From positions 169,908 through 233,907 of the forward strand of contig DAOOTD010000002.1 of assembly GCA_035390125.1 (NCBI GenBank): a stretch of 64,000 nt of DNA, in the 5' to 3' direction. The notes below the pieces were generated by a model. It saw only the letters and a list, made by a program, of their open reading frames with translations, had not been told where the DNA came from and ran no database searches. The stretch comes from Candidatus Moraniibacteriota bacterium. GTDB lineage: Bacteria; Patescibacteriota; Minisyncoccia; Moranbacterales; GWC2-37-73. The position numbers and the translations under genes were made by a program. Shown here in pieces: positions 26,339 through 36,072 of this stretch (position 1 is its first letter; each line of letters opens with the position of its first letter).

Positions 26339-26603
26339 AAAATACTCCTTTTTTATTCTGATTTTAAACTACTAATATTAATGCTTTTTTTAACCTCCTT
26401 TCCTAAATGTTTTAAATGGATCGTACAACACGTGCTCTCATTTGTCAACCAAACAAAGAGATTTGTCAAATCGTTAAGCATTAATAATAAAGGTGTATTT
26501 TATGTTTTCAATTAATATCTGTGCTAAAATAGAAACATTAAGAATTGCAAACTAAAAAGTTAATTAGCCGTATAACTAACCGGTTGGTTAAGCTAAAATT
26601 TAT

Positions 26604-27182
26604 ATGCCAGAAAAATCAGCCGAAATGACAGATAATGAATTGGTTCAGTTTTCAAAAAGAAGTCCAGATGCTTTCAGTGAAATCGTATTGCGATATCAAG
26701 ATCGCCTGTTTCGCTATATTAAAAGAATTTCTTATTTTGCCGATGAAGATATAGAAGACATTATACAGGAGACATTTATAAAAGCGTATAAAAGCTTGAA
26801 TATATTTGATAATGATTTAAAATTTTCTTCGTGGATATATCAAATAGCCAGGAATGCAACGATTGATGCCATAAGAAAAAAACAGGCGCGGCCACAGGCT
26901 ATGTATTTCGAAGAAAATGATGTGCTTAAATTTTTTCAGTCAGACATAGATGTGCATATACAGGCGGAAGCAAGAAATCATCTGGATATCATACGCAAGA
27001 TAATAGACGAGCTGCCGTATAAATATAAAGAAGTGCTGGTGCTAAGGTTTTTGGAAGACAAAAATTATGAGGAAATAATGGATATTATCCAGAAACCCAA
27101 GGGGACGGTGGCGGCACTTATAAACCGCGGAAGAAAAATGCTTCTTAAAGAGGCCAGTAATAAATTTGGAATAAATAATTAA
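26604..27182 (+). CDS. ECF-type RNA polymerase sigma factor
   Basis: Region 2 (IQETFIKAYKSL...WIYQIARNATIDAIRKK) and region 4 (VLVLRFLEDKNYEEI). Confidence 0.8.
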   Translation: MPEKSAEMTDNELVQFSKRSPDAFSEIVLRYQDRLFRYIKRISYFADEDIEDIIQETFIKAYKSLNIFDNDLKFSSWIYQIARNATIDAIRKKQARPQAMYFEENDVLKFFQSDIDVHIQAEARNHLDIIRKIIDELPYKYKEVLVLRFLEDKNYEEIMDIIQKPKGTVAALINRGRKMLLKEASNKFGINN

Positions 27183-27186
27183 ACAT

Positions 27187-27993
27187 ATGAAAGACATCTC
27201 TAAAAAAATCATAGAAAAAATCAAAGAAGGACACATTATTCCCGAATCAAAATTAAAGTTGCAATGGAAAAGCTATTTGTTTTGGATTTTAATGGTAGTG
27301 ATGATACTTATAGGAGCACTATCTCTGTCGCTAGCTATTTTGAATGTTTCTGATATAGATCCAAGATTTATACGCCACATGGAATTATTTAAATTTGTCA
27401 GAATTATTACTGTTACCGCTCCTTATTTATGGATAATCCTTTCTTTGGCGGCTCTTTATTTCGGCATAAAAGCTTTCAGGGGAACCCATAAAGGTTATAG
27501 GCACAGTACACTTTTTATAACTAGCCTGGTTGTGCTTATAATTTCCATCTTGGCTTTTATTAGTCATTTTCTCAAGATAGACAATAAAATGCACGGAGCA
27601 TTTTCAAAAAATACACCTAATTTAAAAAGATTGGTCGCTCCTAGGGAAGGACGCTGGACAAGACCTGGGGACGGTCTCATTGGTGGGGAAATTATAAACA
27701 TTGGGACAAATGAATTTTCAATAAAAAGTTTTGATGGTGAAGAATGGAAGATAGTTTATAACGATAGAACAGAGAAAAATAATCCATCTGAATTTTCTGT
27801 GGGCGATAAAGTAGGAATTATAGGCAAAAAAAATAATGACTTTTCAATAAGTGCGTTTTCAATAAGAACTTTTCCGGAAGACTGGGACGGAAAAACTCCG
27901 CGCAATCAGCGTTTTAATCGGCAGGGGAAAAACAATCCAGAGCATTTACCTCCACCTGAAAATTTTTCGCCTTTTGAAAACATGCATCCATAA
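27187..27993 (+). CDS. putative membrane anti-sigma factor with a C-terminal DUF5666-like beta domain
   Basis: Located 4 nt after the ECF sigma gene. Has TM helices, and its C-terminal region is paralogous to the 31173-31622 protein. Confidence 0.4.
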   Translation: MKDISKKIIEKIKEGHIIPESKLKLQWKSYLFWILMVVMILIGALSLSLAILNVSDIDPRFIRHMELFKFVRIITVTAPYLWIILSLAALYFGIKAFRGTHKGYRHSTLFITSLVVLIISILAFISHFLKIDNKMHGAFSKNTPNLKRLVAPREGRWTRPGDGLIGGEIINIGTNEFSIKSFDGEEWKIVYNDRTEKNNPSEFSVGDKVGIIGKKNNDFSISAFSIRTFPEDWDGKTPRNQRFNRQGKNNPEHLPPPENFSPFENMHP

Positions 27994-28005
27994 CTTTTAA
28001 TATTT

Positions 28006-29190
28006 TTGACAATCAATCAGATGAAATTTAAGAAAAAATATTTTTGGTTAGCTATAGCACTCGTAATAATCGGAGGAGGTTATTATTGGTACAGCAAATC
28101 AAAATCTTCCTCAATATCTGTTACATATAAAACGGCTGTAGCAGAAAAAGGAACGTTAACAACCTCAATTTCTGCTAGCGGAAATGTTATTGTTGACGAT
28201 AGCGCCACAGTCGATCCAACTATAACCGGAACAGTCTATGGTTTAGCAGTAAGCGTTGGCGATACTGTTAAAAAAGGCCAGCTACTTTTTATGATTGAAA
28301 ATAACGATCTGGGAATTGATGCCAATAAAGCTTATTCTTCATATCTTCAGGCAAAATCTTCCCTGGAAACAGCTAAGGCTAACAGAAGAGACGCTAAAAA
28401 TAATTATGAAGATGCAAGTTCGGAAGAGGAAAAATCTTTAAAATATAAATATAAAGCTGCTGAAATTTCATTAGAAGTGGCGGAAAAAAATGTAGAAACA
28501 AACTGGAGCTCATACCAAAATGCTTTAACTGATGCTTCAAAAAGAAAAGTTGTTTCTCCGATAGAAGGAACAATTAATGCGGTTAATATAAAAAACGGAG
28601 ATGATTTAGGCAGACTTTCGTCAAATAGTAATTCTTCCGCACCAATAATAATTGGAAACATGGACACGCTGAAAGCGCAAGTTGAAGTTAATGAAGTTGA
28701 TATCGCCAATGTTAGTATTGGTCAAAAAGTATCGCTCACATTTAACGCCATTGATGGTCTTACTTCAACTGGCAAAGTGGAGAAGATAGATTCCTTGGGT
28801 ATTTCGAGCTCAGGAGTTGTTTCATATAACGTGACTATAGGACTTGATTCGCTCGATGAAAGAATAAAACCGGAGATGAGTGTGTCTGCTGCCATAATCA
28901 CAAACGTTAAACAGGATGTTCTTCTTGTTCCGAACAGCTCAGTGAAAACGCAAAATGGAAGTTTTTATGTGCAAGTGCTTTTAGGAGAAACTCCGGAGAG
29001 AAAAACAGTAGAAATTGGTTTATCGAATGATGTACAAACGGAAATAATAAGCGGTATGAGCGAAGGAGAAAATATTATTACACAAACAGTCAGTTCTGAT
29101 AGTGTAAATTCATCTTCATCTTCTCCAAGTTCAAGATCTGGAAGTAGTGTTAGAATCCCAGGTTTGGGCGAAGGAGGGCGCTTTGACTAA
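28006..29190 (+). CDS. efflux periplasmic adaptor subunit (HlyD/MacA-like)
   Basis: N-terminal TM helix, coiled-coil, and lipoyl/beta-barrel motifs (VSPIEGTINAVNIKNGD). Confidence 0.8.
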   Translation: MTINQMKFKKKYFWLAIALVIIGGGYYWYSKSKSSSISVTYKTAVAEKGTLTTSISASGNVIVDDSATVDPTITGTVYGLAVSVGDTVKKGQLLFMIENNDLGIDANKAYSSYLQAKSSLETAKANRRDAKNNYEDASSEEEKSLKYKYKAAEISLEVAEKNVETNWSSYQNALTDASKRKVVSPIEGTINAVNIKNGDDLGRLSSNSNSSAPIIIGNMDTLKAQVEVNEVDIANVSIGQKVSLTFNAIDGLTSTGKVEKIDSLGISSSGVVSYNVTIGLDSLDERIKPEMSVSAAIITNVKQDVLLVPNSSVKTQNGSFYVQVLLGETPERKTVEIGLSNDVQTEIISGMSEGENIITQTVSSDSVNSSSSSPSSRSGSSVRIPGLGEGGRFD

Positions 29191-29196
29191 TTTTCT

Positions 29197-29874
29197 ATGA
29201 TTGATTGTAAAAATATTACAAAAGTCTATAACAATGGAGGAATTGAAACGGTTGCTCTTCGCAACATTTCTTTCCACGCGGAGAAAGGAGAATTTGTTTC
29301 TATTGTAGGTCCTTCCGGAAGCGGAAAGTCAACCCTGATGCATATTATCGGAGCCCTCGATGTTCCGACCAGCGGAAAATATTTTCTCGACAGCCATGAA
29401 GTTTCTCGTCTTAATGATGATGAACTTTCTGATCTGAGAAGGAATAAAATAGGATTTGTTTTCCAATCTTTTAATCTACTCCCAAGAACAACTGTGCTTA
29501 GAAATGTCATGCTTCCGATGCTGTATTCCGGGCTTAGTGAAGAAGAGAGAGAATCGCGCGCGCGCGAATGCTTGGAATATGCGGGTATGGAGAAAGAAAA
29601 ATTCATGAATCTTTCCAATCAACTTTCTGGAGGACAAATGCAGAGAGTCGCGATAGCGAGAGCGCTCATTAATAATCCTGCCATAATTCTTGCTGACGAA
29701 CCAACTGGAAATTTGGACACGAAAACAAGTCATCTTGTTATGGATGCTCTAAAGGAGCTGAATGAAAAAGGACACACTATAATTCTCATTACGCATGAAA
29801 TAGATGTTGCGAATTATGCTAACAGGATAATCCATATACGTGATGGAATGATTGAGAAGGATGATGTTAAATAG
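29197..29874 (+). CDS. ABC transporter ATP-binding protein (MacB/LolD-like)
   Basis: Walker A GPSGSGKST, signature LSGGQMQRVAIARAL, Walker B ILADEPTGNLD. Confidence 0.9.
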   Translation: MIDCKNITKVYNNGGIETVALRNISFHAEKGEFVSIVGPSGSGKSTLMHIIGALDVPTSGKYFLDSHEVSRLNDDELSDLRRNKIGFVFQSFNLLPRTTVLRNVMLPMLYSGLSEEERESRARECLEYAGMEKEKFMNLSNQLSGGQMQRVAIARALINNPAIILADEPTGNLDTKTSHLVMDALKELNEKGHTIILITHEIDVANYANRIIHIRDGMIEKDDVK

Positions 29875-29919
29875 GATAAAATAAAATGAAATTAAAATTT
29901 TAATTTCATTCATAAATCG

Positions 29920-31137
29920 ATGCTAAAAGATTTGTTTAAAGAAACAATTTGGTCATTGGCTGCAAACAAAGTGAGATCAGGCCTCACTATTTTAGGTATT
30001 GTGATTGGAATTGCTTCGGTGATTGCGCTTGTTGCAGTAGGTCAAGGCGCGCAAAGTTCAATCGAAAAAAATATTGAGGCAATCGGATCAAACCTTATTA
30101 TGATAAGTCCTGGCTCGCAAAGAGTTGGTGGAGTAAGCCAAGGAATAGGAAGTATTCAAACGCTCACAGTTGAAGACGCTGATGCAATCAAAGACGAAAT
30201 TGAAAATATCAAAGCAGTTGCGCCGTCAATTTCCAGGCGTTATCAAGTGACTGCCAAAGGCAACAATACGAACACGCAGGTTATCGGTACCACAGAAGAC
30301 TATTTGACAATCAGAAATGTAAGTATGGACAGTGGCTCGTTTTTCAGTGAACAACAGCTCAAAGGATCATCCAAAGTAGCTGTCGTTGGCCCTTCTGTCA
30401 GGGACGATCTTTTCGGAGAAAATGCTGATCCGGTTGGAAAAACAATAAACATTAATAAAATGGATTTTACGGTGATAGGTATGACGGTTTCCAAGGGCGG
30501 AAGCGGATTTAATAATCAAGATGATGTTATCTATGTTCCGATAACTACAGCCCAGCACTATCTGTCAGGAAATGATTATCTTAATAATATAAGTGTGGCA
30601 GCTGCCGATCAGAATTCCATGGCTGCCGTGCAGGATCAGATTTCCACTTTGCTTTTGACGCGCCACAAAATTTCCGATCCGAACAATGCTGATTTTAATA
30701 TCATGAATCAGAATGATATTATCGCTACAGCTACCAGCATAACCGGAACTTTTACAATGCTGCTTTCTTCTATTGCCGGCATTTCGCTCTTAGTCGGAGG
30801 AATCGGAATTATGAATATGATGCTGACAACTGTTACCGAAAGAACTCGTGAAATCGGACTGAGAAAAGCTGTAGGCATCAGGAAAAAATATATAAACCTG
30901 CAGTTCTTGGCTGAAGCGGTAGCGCTAACTTTTATCGGAGGAATATTGGGGGTTATTGTTGGATGGATAATGTCTTTGGCTATCGCTCATTTTGTCAGCA
31001 ATCTGACGACTAGCATATCACTCTCATCAATTTTGTTGGCATTCGGAGTTTCAGCTGGAGTCGGGATTATTTTCGGCTTTTACCCAGCCCGCCGCGCTGC
31101 CAATCTCAGTCCGATAGAAGCGCTTAGGTATGAATAA
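29920..31137 (+). CDS. ABC transporter permease, FtsX/MacB-like
   Basis: N-terminal TM helix, large periplasmic domain, and three C-terminal TM helices. Confidence 0.85.
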   Translation: MLKDLFKETIWSLAANKVRSGLTILGIVIGIASVIALVAVGQGAQSSIEKNIEAIGSNLIMISPGSQRVGGVSQGIGSIQTLTVEDADAIKDEIENIKAVAPSISRRYQVTAKGNNTNTQVIGTTEDYLTIRNVSMDSGSFFSEQQLKGSSKVAVVGPSVRDDLFGENADPVGKTININKMDFTVIGMTVSKGGSGFNNQDDVIYVPITTAQHYLSGNDYLNNISVAAADQNSMAAVQDQISTLLLTRHKISDPNNADFNIMNQNDIIATATSITGTFTMLLSSIAGISLLVGGIGIMNMMLTTVTERTREIGLRKAVGIRKKYINLQFLAEAVALTFIGGILGVIVGWIMSLAIAHFVSNLTTSISLSSILLAFGVSAGVGIIFGFYPARRAANLSPIEALRYE

Positions 31138-31172
31138 TAGAAATTTAAAACTAAAAAATTAATTTTAAAAAA

Positions 31173-31622
31173 ATGAACAACAAAAAAATTATAATTCTTG
31201 CAGCAATTGCAGTTGTGGCTGTGGGAGTCGGTATGTTTTATGCCGGGATGAAGTATGAAATTAAAAAAGAGAAAACCGGGCAGTTTGACACAAAAGGAAG
31301 TTTTAATGGAGGGCAGCGCGGCAATAGACAGATTCCGGTGCAAAACAGGCCAGGAATGGGCATGGGCGGCGGCAATATGAGTGAAGGCGGATTTATGGGC
31401 GGAGAAATATTATCCAAAGATGATAAGAGTATTACAGTAAAAGACAGAAAGGGAAATTCTAAAATAATTTTCTTTTCTGACTCAACAATAGTCGGAAAAA
31501 CAATCGATGGGTCACTTTCTGATTTGAATGCCGGGCAAGATGTAATGGTCAATGGAAAAACGAATGCTGATGGCAGTATTACTGCCCAAAATATCCAAAT
31601 CCGCCCTTTGCCACAGCAATAA
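31173..31622 (+). CDS. membrane-anchored Gly-rich protein with a DUF5666-like domain (paralogue of the anti-sigma C-terminal domain)
   Basis: Shares the pattern GGEI...SI.VKD..G....I...D.T.........SD...G..V...GK.N.D.SI.A..I with 27187-27993. Confidence 0.4.
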   Translation: MNNKKIIILAAIAVVAVGVGMFYAGMKYEIKKEKTGQFDTKGSFNGGQRGNRQIPVQNRPGMGMGGGNMSEGGFMGGEILSKDDKSITVKDRKGNSKIIFFSDSTIVGKTIDGSLSDLNAGQDVMVNGKTNADGSITAQNIQIRPLPQQ

Positions 31623-31780
31623 AAGAACCCTCTTTACTTTTACAGGGAGTATTACAGTGTATATCTCCACACTAATTTAAAACAAAAAACAAAGATTGTT
31701 TTAGCTTGCTTTAGTAATGAAATATGTGGTACTTATATAAAAAGAGAATGTGTAATTGCTTAATTGGTGTGGGGATGTAG

Positions 31781-33031
31781 GTGCTTCCTATGATTAATAA
31801 ATCGAACAATCTTCAATATGCTCCGCCGTCACCAAGTTTTGGCGAGGCAAGGCCATTGGCGGACAGGATGCGTCCCAAAAAACTTGAGGATTTTTTCGGG
31901 CAGGAAGAATTGGTTGGAAAAGATTCTTTCCTCCGAAAAGCCATTCAGGATGACAAAGTTCCATCGCTGATTTTTTGGGGACCTCCGGGTAGCGGAAAAA
32001 CAACCTTAGCTTCAATCATTGCCCATGAAACTAATTCAGAATTTGTGGTTCTTAGCGGTGTTGCCAGTGGAAAAAAAGATCTAATGGCTGTGATTAAAAC
32101 TGCCAAGGAAAACAAAGAAAAAAATATCAAAACTATTTTATTCATTGATGAAATCCACCGTTGGAACAAGGCTCAGCAGGATGCATTGCTGCCTCATGTG
32201 GAGCATGGGGTTGTAACTTTAATCGGAGCGACGACAGAAAATCCAAGCTTTGAAGTAATTTCAGCTTTAATTTCCAGATCGCGTGTACTGGTTCTGAATA
32301 AACTGGAAGCTAAAGATATCCAAAAAATTATTGAGCATGCTTTAAGTGACAAAGAAAATGGTTTTGGCAAACAAAAAATAAAAATTTCCAAGGAAGTTAT
32401 TTCTCATATTGCAGCTTTTGCTAATGGTGACGCGCGCATGGCGTTGAATACTCTGGAAGCAGCTACTCAGCAGAATACAAATGTAACTTCGGAACTCATA
32501 AAAAAAATATTGCAGAAATCGCATCTTTATTATGACAAAACTGGGGAAGAACATTATAATATAATTTCAGCGCTGCATAAATCTATGCGCGGCGGAGATG
32601 CCAATGCGGCTTTGTATTGGCTGGCACGGATGCTGGAGGGTGGAGAAGAACCAAGATATGTCGCCAGGAGACTGTTCCGTTTTGCTTCCGAGGACGTTGG
32701 CTTGGCGGATAATTTTGCTGTGGTCTTAGCTAATAGTGTCTTTGATGCCTGCCATAAAATCGGTATGCCGGAATGTAGCGTGCATCTAGCGCAATTGGTA
32801 ATATATCTTTCCAATGCCAAGAAAAGCGTAAGCGCCTATATGGCATACGGAAAAGCCAAGAGGGACGTTGAACAATATGGAAATCTGCCGGTGCCGATGC
32901 ACATCCGCAATGCGCCGACAAAACTTATGGAAAAATTAGGTTATGGAAAAGGTTATAAATATACACCACTTGAAGACAGCACAGGACAACAATACTTGCC
33001 GGATAAATTAAAAAACAAAAAATACATTTAA
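31781..33031 (+). CDS. rarA: replication-associated recombination protein A (AAA+ ATPase RarA/MgsA)
   Basis: GPPGSGKTT Walker A, DEIHRWNK Walker B/sensor, and a MgsA C-terminal domain. Confidence 0.85.
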   Translation: MLPMINKSNNLQYAPPSPSFGEARPLADRMRPKKLEDFFGQEELVGKDSFLRKAIQDDKVPSLIFWGPPGSGKTTLASIIAHETNSEFVVLSGVASGKKDLMAVIKTAKENKEKNIKTILFIDEIHRWNKAQQDALLPHVEHGVVTLIGATTENPSFEVISALISRSRVLVLNKLEAKDIQKIIEHALSDKENGFGKQKIKISKEVISHIAAFANGDARMALNTLEAATQQNTNVTSELIKKILQKSHLYYDKTGEEHYNIISALHKSMRGGDANAALYWLARMLEGGEEPRYVARRLFRFASEDVGLADNFAVVLANSVFDACHKIGMPECSVHLAQLVIYLSNAKKSVSAYMAYGKAKRDVEQYGNLPVPMHIRNAPTKLMEKLGYGKGYKYTPLEDSTGQQYLPDKLKNKKYI

Positions 33032-33090
33032 AAGGCTTGATTTTTTTCTCGATTGGGTGTATAATTAACGTATTGAAATAGATAGAGCAG

Positions 33091-33116
33091 AAACGGGTGA
33101 ACCCCGTTTTTGTTTT
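33091..33116 (+). terminator. rho-independent terminator after rarA
   Basis: AAACGGG-TGAAC-CCCGTTT followed by a T-run. Confidence 0.5.
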
Positions 33117-33220
33117 ATTCTAAGCTCAATAAGCACAATTTAATACAAAAACAAAAACAAACCTCAGAAATCATGCTACTAACAGCATAAAATTAACAAA
33201 GTTATTTGTCATAGGTTTGG

Positions 33221-33245
33221 AAAGAGGACATTAGTCCTCTTTTTA
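33221..33245 (+). terminator. second hairpin + T-run 45 nt upstream of dus (terminator or attenuator)
   Basis: AGAGGAC-ATTA-GTCCTCT followed by TTTTT. Confidence 0.45.
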
Positions 33246-33289
33246 CTATAAAATTTCTTCTTTATTTGTTTTTTTGGTAACATAAAGAT

Positions 33290-34288
33290 ATGAAAAATTT
33301 CTGGCAAAAATTAGCGAAAGAAAAAAAAACTTTTTTTGCATTAGCACCAATGCATGATATCACTGACATTGCCCAAAGGCAGATGCTTGTTAAATATGGC
33401 AAACCTGATGTTCTGTATACCGAATTCGTAGCTTGTGATGGGTTGGTAGACAAAAAAGGAAGAAAAGTATTAATGAAAACTTTGCGTTTTTTTGAAAATG
33501 AACATCCGCTTGTCGCCCAATTTTTTGGAGCCAAGCCAGAAAATTTCCGCGAATGCGCAAAAATTGCCCGCAAACTTGGTTTTGATGGTATTGATATAAA
33601 CATGGGTTGTCCTGACAAAAGCATAGTAGATCAGGGAGCTGGCGCGGCGCTTATAAAAAATCCGAAAAGAGCCAGAGAAATTATACGTGCTACCAAAGAA
33701 GGAGCTGGTAGTTTGCCTGTTTCCGTGAAAACCCGAATTGGATATAATGAAAATGAAATTAAAAAGTGGCTTCCTGAACTATTGGCCGAAGAACCGGCGG
33801 CAATAACAGTTCATGGACGGACAAAAAAGCAAATGTTTACCGGCAAAGCAGATTGGGATGCGATTGCGCAAGCTGCAGAAATTGCCAAGGGGCTCGGAGT
33901 CATAATTATAGGAAATGGTGATGTAGAAAGCATTAAAGATGGAATCTTGAAAGCTAGAAAAGCGAAAATTAGCGGTATTATGGTTGGGCGGAGAATACTT
34001 GGAAATCCTTGGTTTTTTAACCGTAAAATAAAAATAGAAAAAATTTCTGTCAAAGAAAGGCTACAGGCTATGATAGAACATGTGAAAATTTTTGAGAAAG
34101 AGCTAAAAGGAATAAAAAACTATGATGTAATAAAAAAACATTACGCCACTTATGCTAGGGGTTTTGACGGCGCCAAAGAACTCCGCATGGAACTTATGAA
34201 AACCAGGAATGCTAAGCAAACAGAAAAGGTTGTGCAAGATTTTTTAAAAAAGTTGTATAATATAAATAAGATAAATATAAAAATATGA
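33290..34288 (+). CDS. dus: tRNA-dihydrouridine synthase
   Basis: LAPMHDITD, DINMGCP, FMN-binding TIM-barrel motifs. Confidence 0.85.
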   Translation: MKNFWQKLAKEKKTFFALAPMHDITDIAQRQMLVKYGKPDVLYTEFVACDGLVDKKGRKVLMKTLRFFENEHPLVAQFFGAKPENFRECAKIARKLGFDGIDINMGCPDKSIVDQGAGAALIKNPKRAREIIRATKEGAGSLPVSVKTRIGYNENEIKKWLPELLAEEPAAITVHGRTKKQMFTGKADWDAIAQAAEIAKGLGVIIIGNGDVESIKDGILKARKAKISGIMVGRRILGNPWFFNRKIKIEKISVKERLQAMIEHVKIFEKELKGIKNYDVIKKHYATYARGFDGAKELRMELMKTRNAKQTEKVVQDFLKKLYNINKINIKI

Positions 34289-34647
34289 AAATTATCATTC
34301 ATTGGTTTTTGTCAGCGGTAGCTATTGTTATAACGGCCTATCTGTTGCCGACAGAAGCAATTTTTGTTCAAAGTTTTTTTGTGGCTCTGGTAGTGGCTGT
34401 GGTTTTGGGATTTTTAAATACCATAATAAAGCCGATTCTAATCCTATTATCATTACCTTTTCAAATATTAACATTAGGCTTATTTACTTTCGTAATTAAT
34501 GCCGGACTGGTTTTGCTAACTAGCCGGATTGTCGATGGTTTTCACGTGCAAGATTTTTGGTGGGCGTTGGCTTTCAGTCTTGTGCTTTGGTTAGTCAACA
34601 CGTTTCTTCATTTTTTCGAACCAAGCAAAAAGCATAATCATGAATAA
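34285..34647 (+). CDS. Phage_holin_4_2/DUF360 family membrane protein (YvlD-like)
   Basis: Four TM helices with the conserved LGFLNTIIKPIL pattern; ATGA overlap with dus. Confidence 0.55.
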   Translation: MKIIIHWFLSAVAIVITAYLLPTEAIFVQSFFVALVVAVVLGFLNTIIKPILILLSLPFQILTLGLFTFVINAGLVLLTSRIVDGFHVQDFWWALAFSLVLWLVNTFLHFFEPSKKHNHE

Positions 34648-34777
34648 AAAATGGACAATTAGTGAAATATGTGCTATAATCGACTTAGATAGGCTAAAAA
34701 TAAGCTCTATTTCTATAATTTTGTTAGCTTTTTAGACGGGTGACCGTCTTTTTTTATTAATTTTAAAAAACAAACAT

Positions 34778-35965
34778 ATGTCAAAAATTGAAGGAAATTA
34801 TTCAAGAGAATCTTATGATAAAACCCAAGAGGATGAGGCAAATCTAAAGCAACAGATAGGTAACGCAAAATCTGCCGATGAAATGATAGAAATCGCCACG
34901 AAACTCAAAGAAATCGAGAGCAACAAACAAGAACTTCATGATGCCGCTTATGATGAAGCTTTGGCTGAAAATCAAGCAAGAATGCAGAGGGGCGAGTTAA
35001 AGGAAAGTGGTTCGGAAAAAACAATGTACGAAGAAGCGGAAGACGAAAATAAGGAATTTGAAAAAGCTAAAAATATAAATCAGCTCGAAGAGACTTCCAA
35101 AAATTTAAAAGAACAATTAAACCAAGCAAAATCTGCCGATGAGATGATAGAGATTGCAAAACAATTAAAGGAGATTGAAGAAAAAAAGAAAGAAATTGAA
35201 GGAGGTTCGCAAAAAGAGGAAACAGGGGAGAAAATTACAACTATAGAAGAATTAAAATCGAAAGATAGTGAAGATACTACTAAAAAAATTGAGGAAATAC
35301 GAAAAAAAATAAATGGAGGAGAGGAGGATAAAAATAAGAATGAAGCGCAACAAGAAAATCCCTTTTTAAAATATGCATATCATGACCAAGAATCATACCA
35401 AAAAACAATGAAACAACTTCATAATGATGAAATGAATCAAATAAATGAATTAGTTGGTCAAATTGAAAATGGAACAATCAGTAGCTTAGATAAATTTAAA
35501 TTAAAAGAGCTGATGTGGAGAAAACAAGGTGGGATGAAAGAAGAAGAAAGGAATTCTATCTGGGAAAAGATAGATGGATCATCAAAGAAAAAGAATGAAG
35601 TGCAACAAGAAAAACCAATGCCATCTGCAGAAGATATAGAAAGTGCCGAAAAAATATTCGGAAAAGTATTGCAGGGTCCAATGACTTCAGAGCAATTTGA
35701 GGGTAGTAAGATTTTTTTATGTCAGGGACCTGATAGCAAACTTCGATATTATGCTATTAGACGTAATTCAAAGGGTTCCTTGGAGGGAAATGAGTTTTCT
35801 CTTATGGAAAAAACAGATGGTCAATGGAAGAATTTTATTTCAACTGGACTGCATCGGATTGATAATCGCGATCCTAATGTTACGACTGGGCCGACTTATC
35901 AAATGCATAGCTCTGAACTAGAAAAAATGGAAACATTGCTCCGATCTTACGATATAAAAATTTAA
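34778..35965 (+). CDS. hypothetical acidic coiled-coil protein with internal tandem repeats
   Basis: Duplicated 30-aa block (N/Q)AKSADEMIEIA(T/K)(K/Q)LKEIE and duplicated KNE(A/V)QQE(N/K)P. Confidence 0.4.
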   Translation: MSKIEGNYSRESYDKTQEDEANLKQQIGNAKSADEMIEIATKLKEIESNKQELHDAAYDEALAENQARMQRGELKESGSEKTMYEEAEDENKEFEKAKNINQLEETSKNLKEQLNQAKSADEMIEIAKQLKEIEEKKKEIEGGSQKEETGEKITTIEELKSKDSEDTTKKIEEIRKKINGGEEDKNKNEAQQENPFLKYAYHDQESYQKTMKQLHNDEMNQINELVGQIENGTISSLDKFKLKELMWRKQGGMKEEERNSIWEKIDGSSKKKNEVQQEKPMPSAEDIESAEKIFGKVLQGPMTSEQFEGSKIFLCQGPDSKLRYYAIRRNSKGSLEGNEFSLMEKTDGQWKNFISTGLHRIDNRDPNVTTGPTYQMHSSELEKMETLLRSYDIKI

Positions 35966-36072
35966 AAAGATTTAAAAAGCAAATTTATTTGTTTTTGTGA
36001 GAATGATATATTTTGTGCAATTTCCAAATTAAGATAAATAAAAACACTGCTTAAATAAATCAAGTGGTGTTT

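Noticed and set aside
25502-26375. Plus-strand ORFs (60-141 aa) overlapping the sigma-like and NYN genes
   Set aside because: They are antisense to coherent domain-containing genes. Their proteins are Ser/Phe/Leu-rich low-complexity sequence.
34861-35200. Direct DNA repeats that might suggest a CRISPR array or a mobile repeat
   Set aside because: The repeats are in frame inside one continuous ORF and encode a duplicated peptide block. They are roughly 85 nt units without uniform short spacers, so this is not CRISPR.
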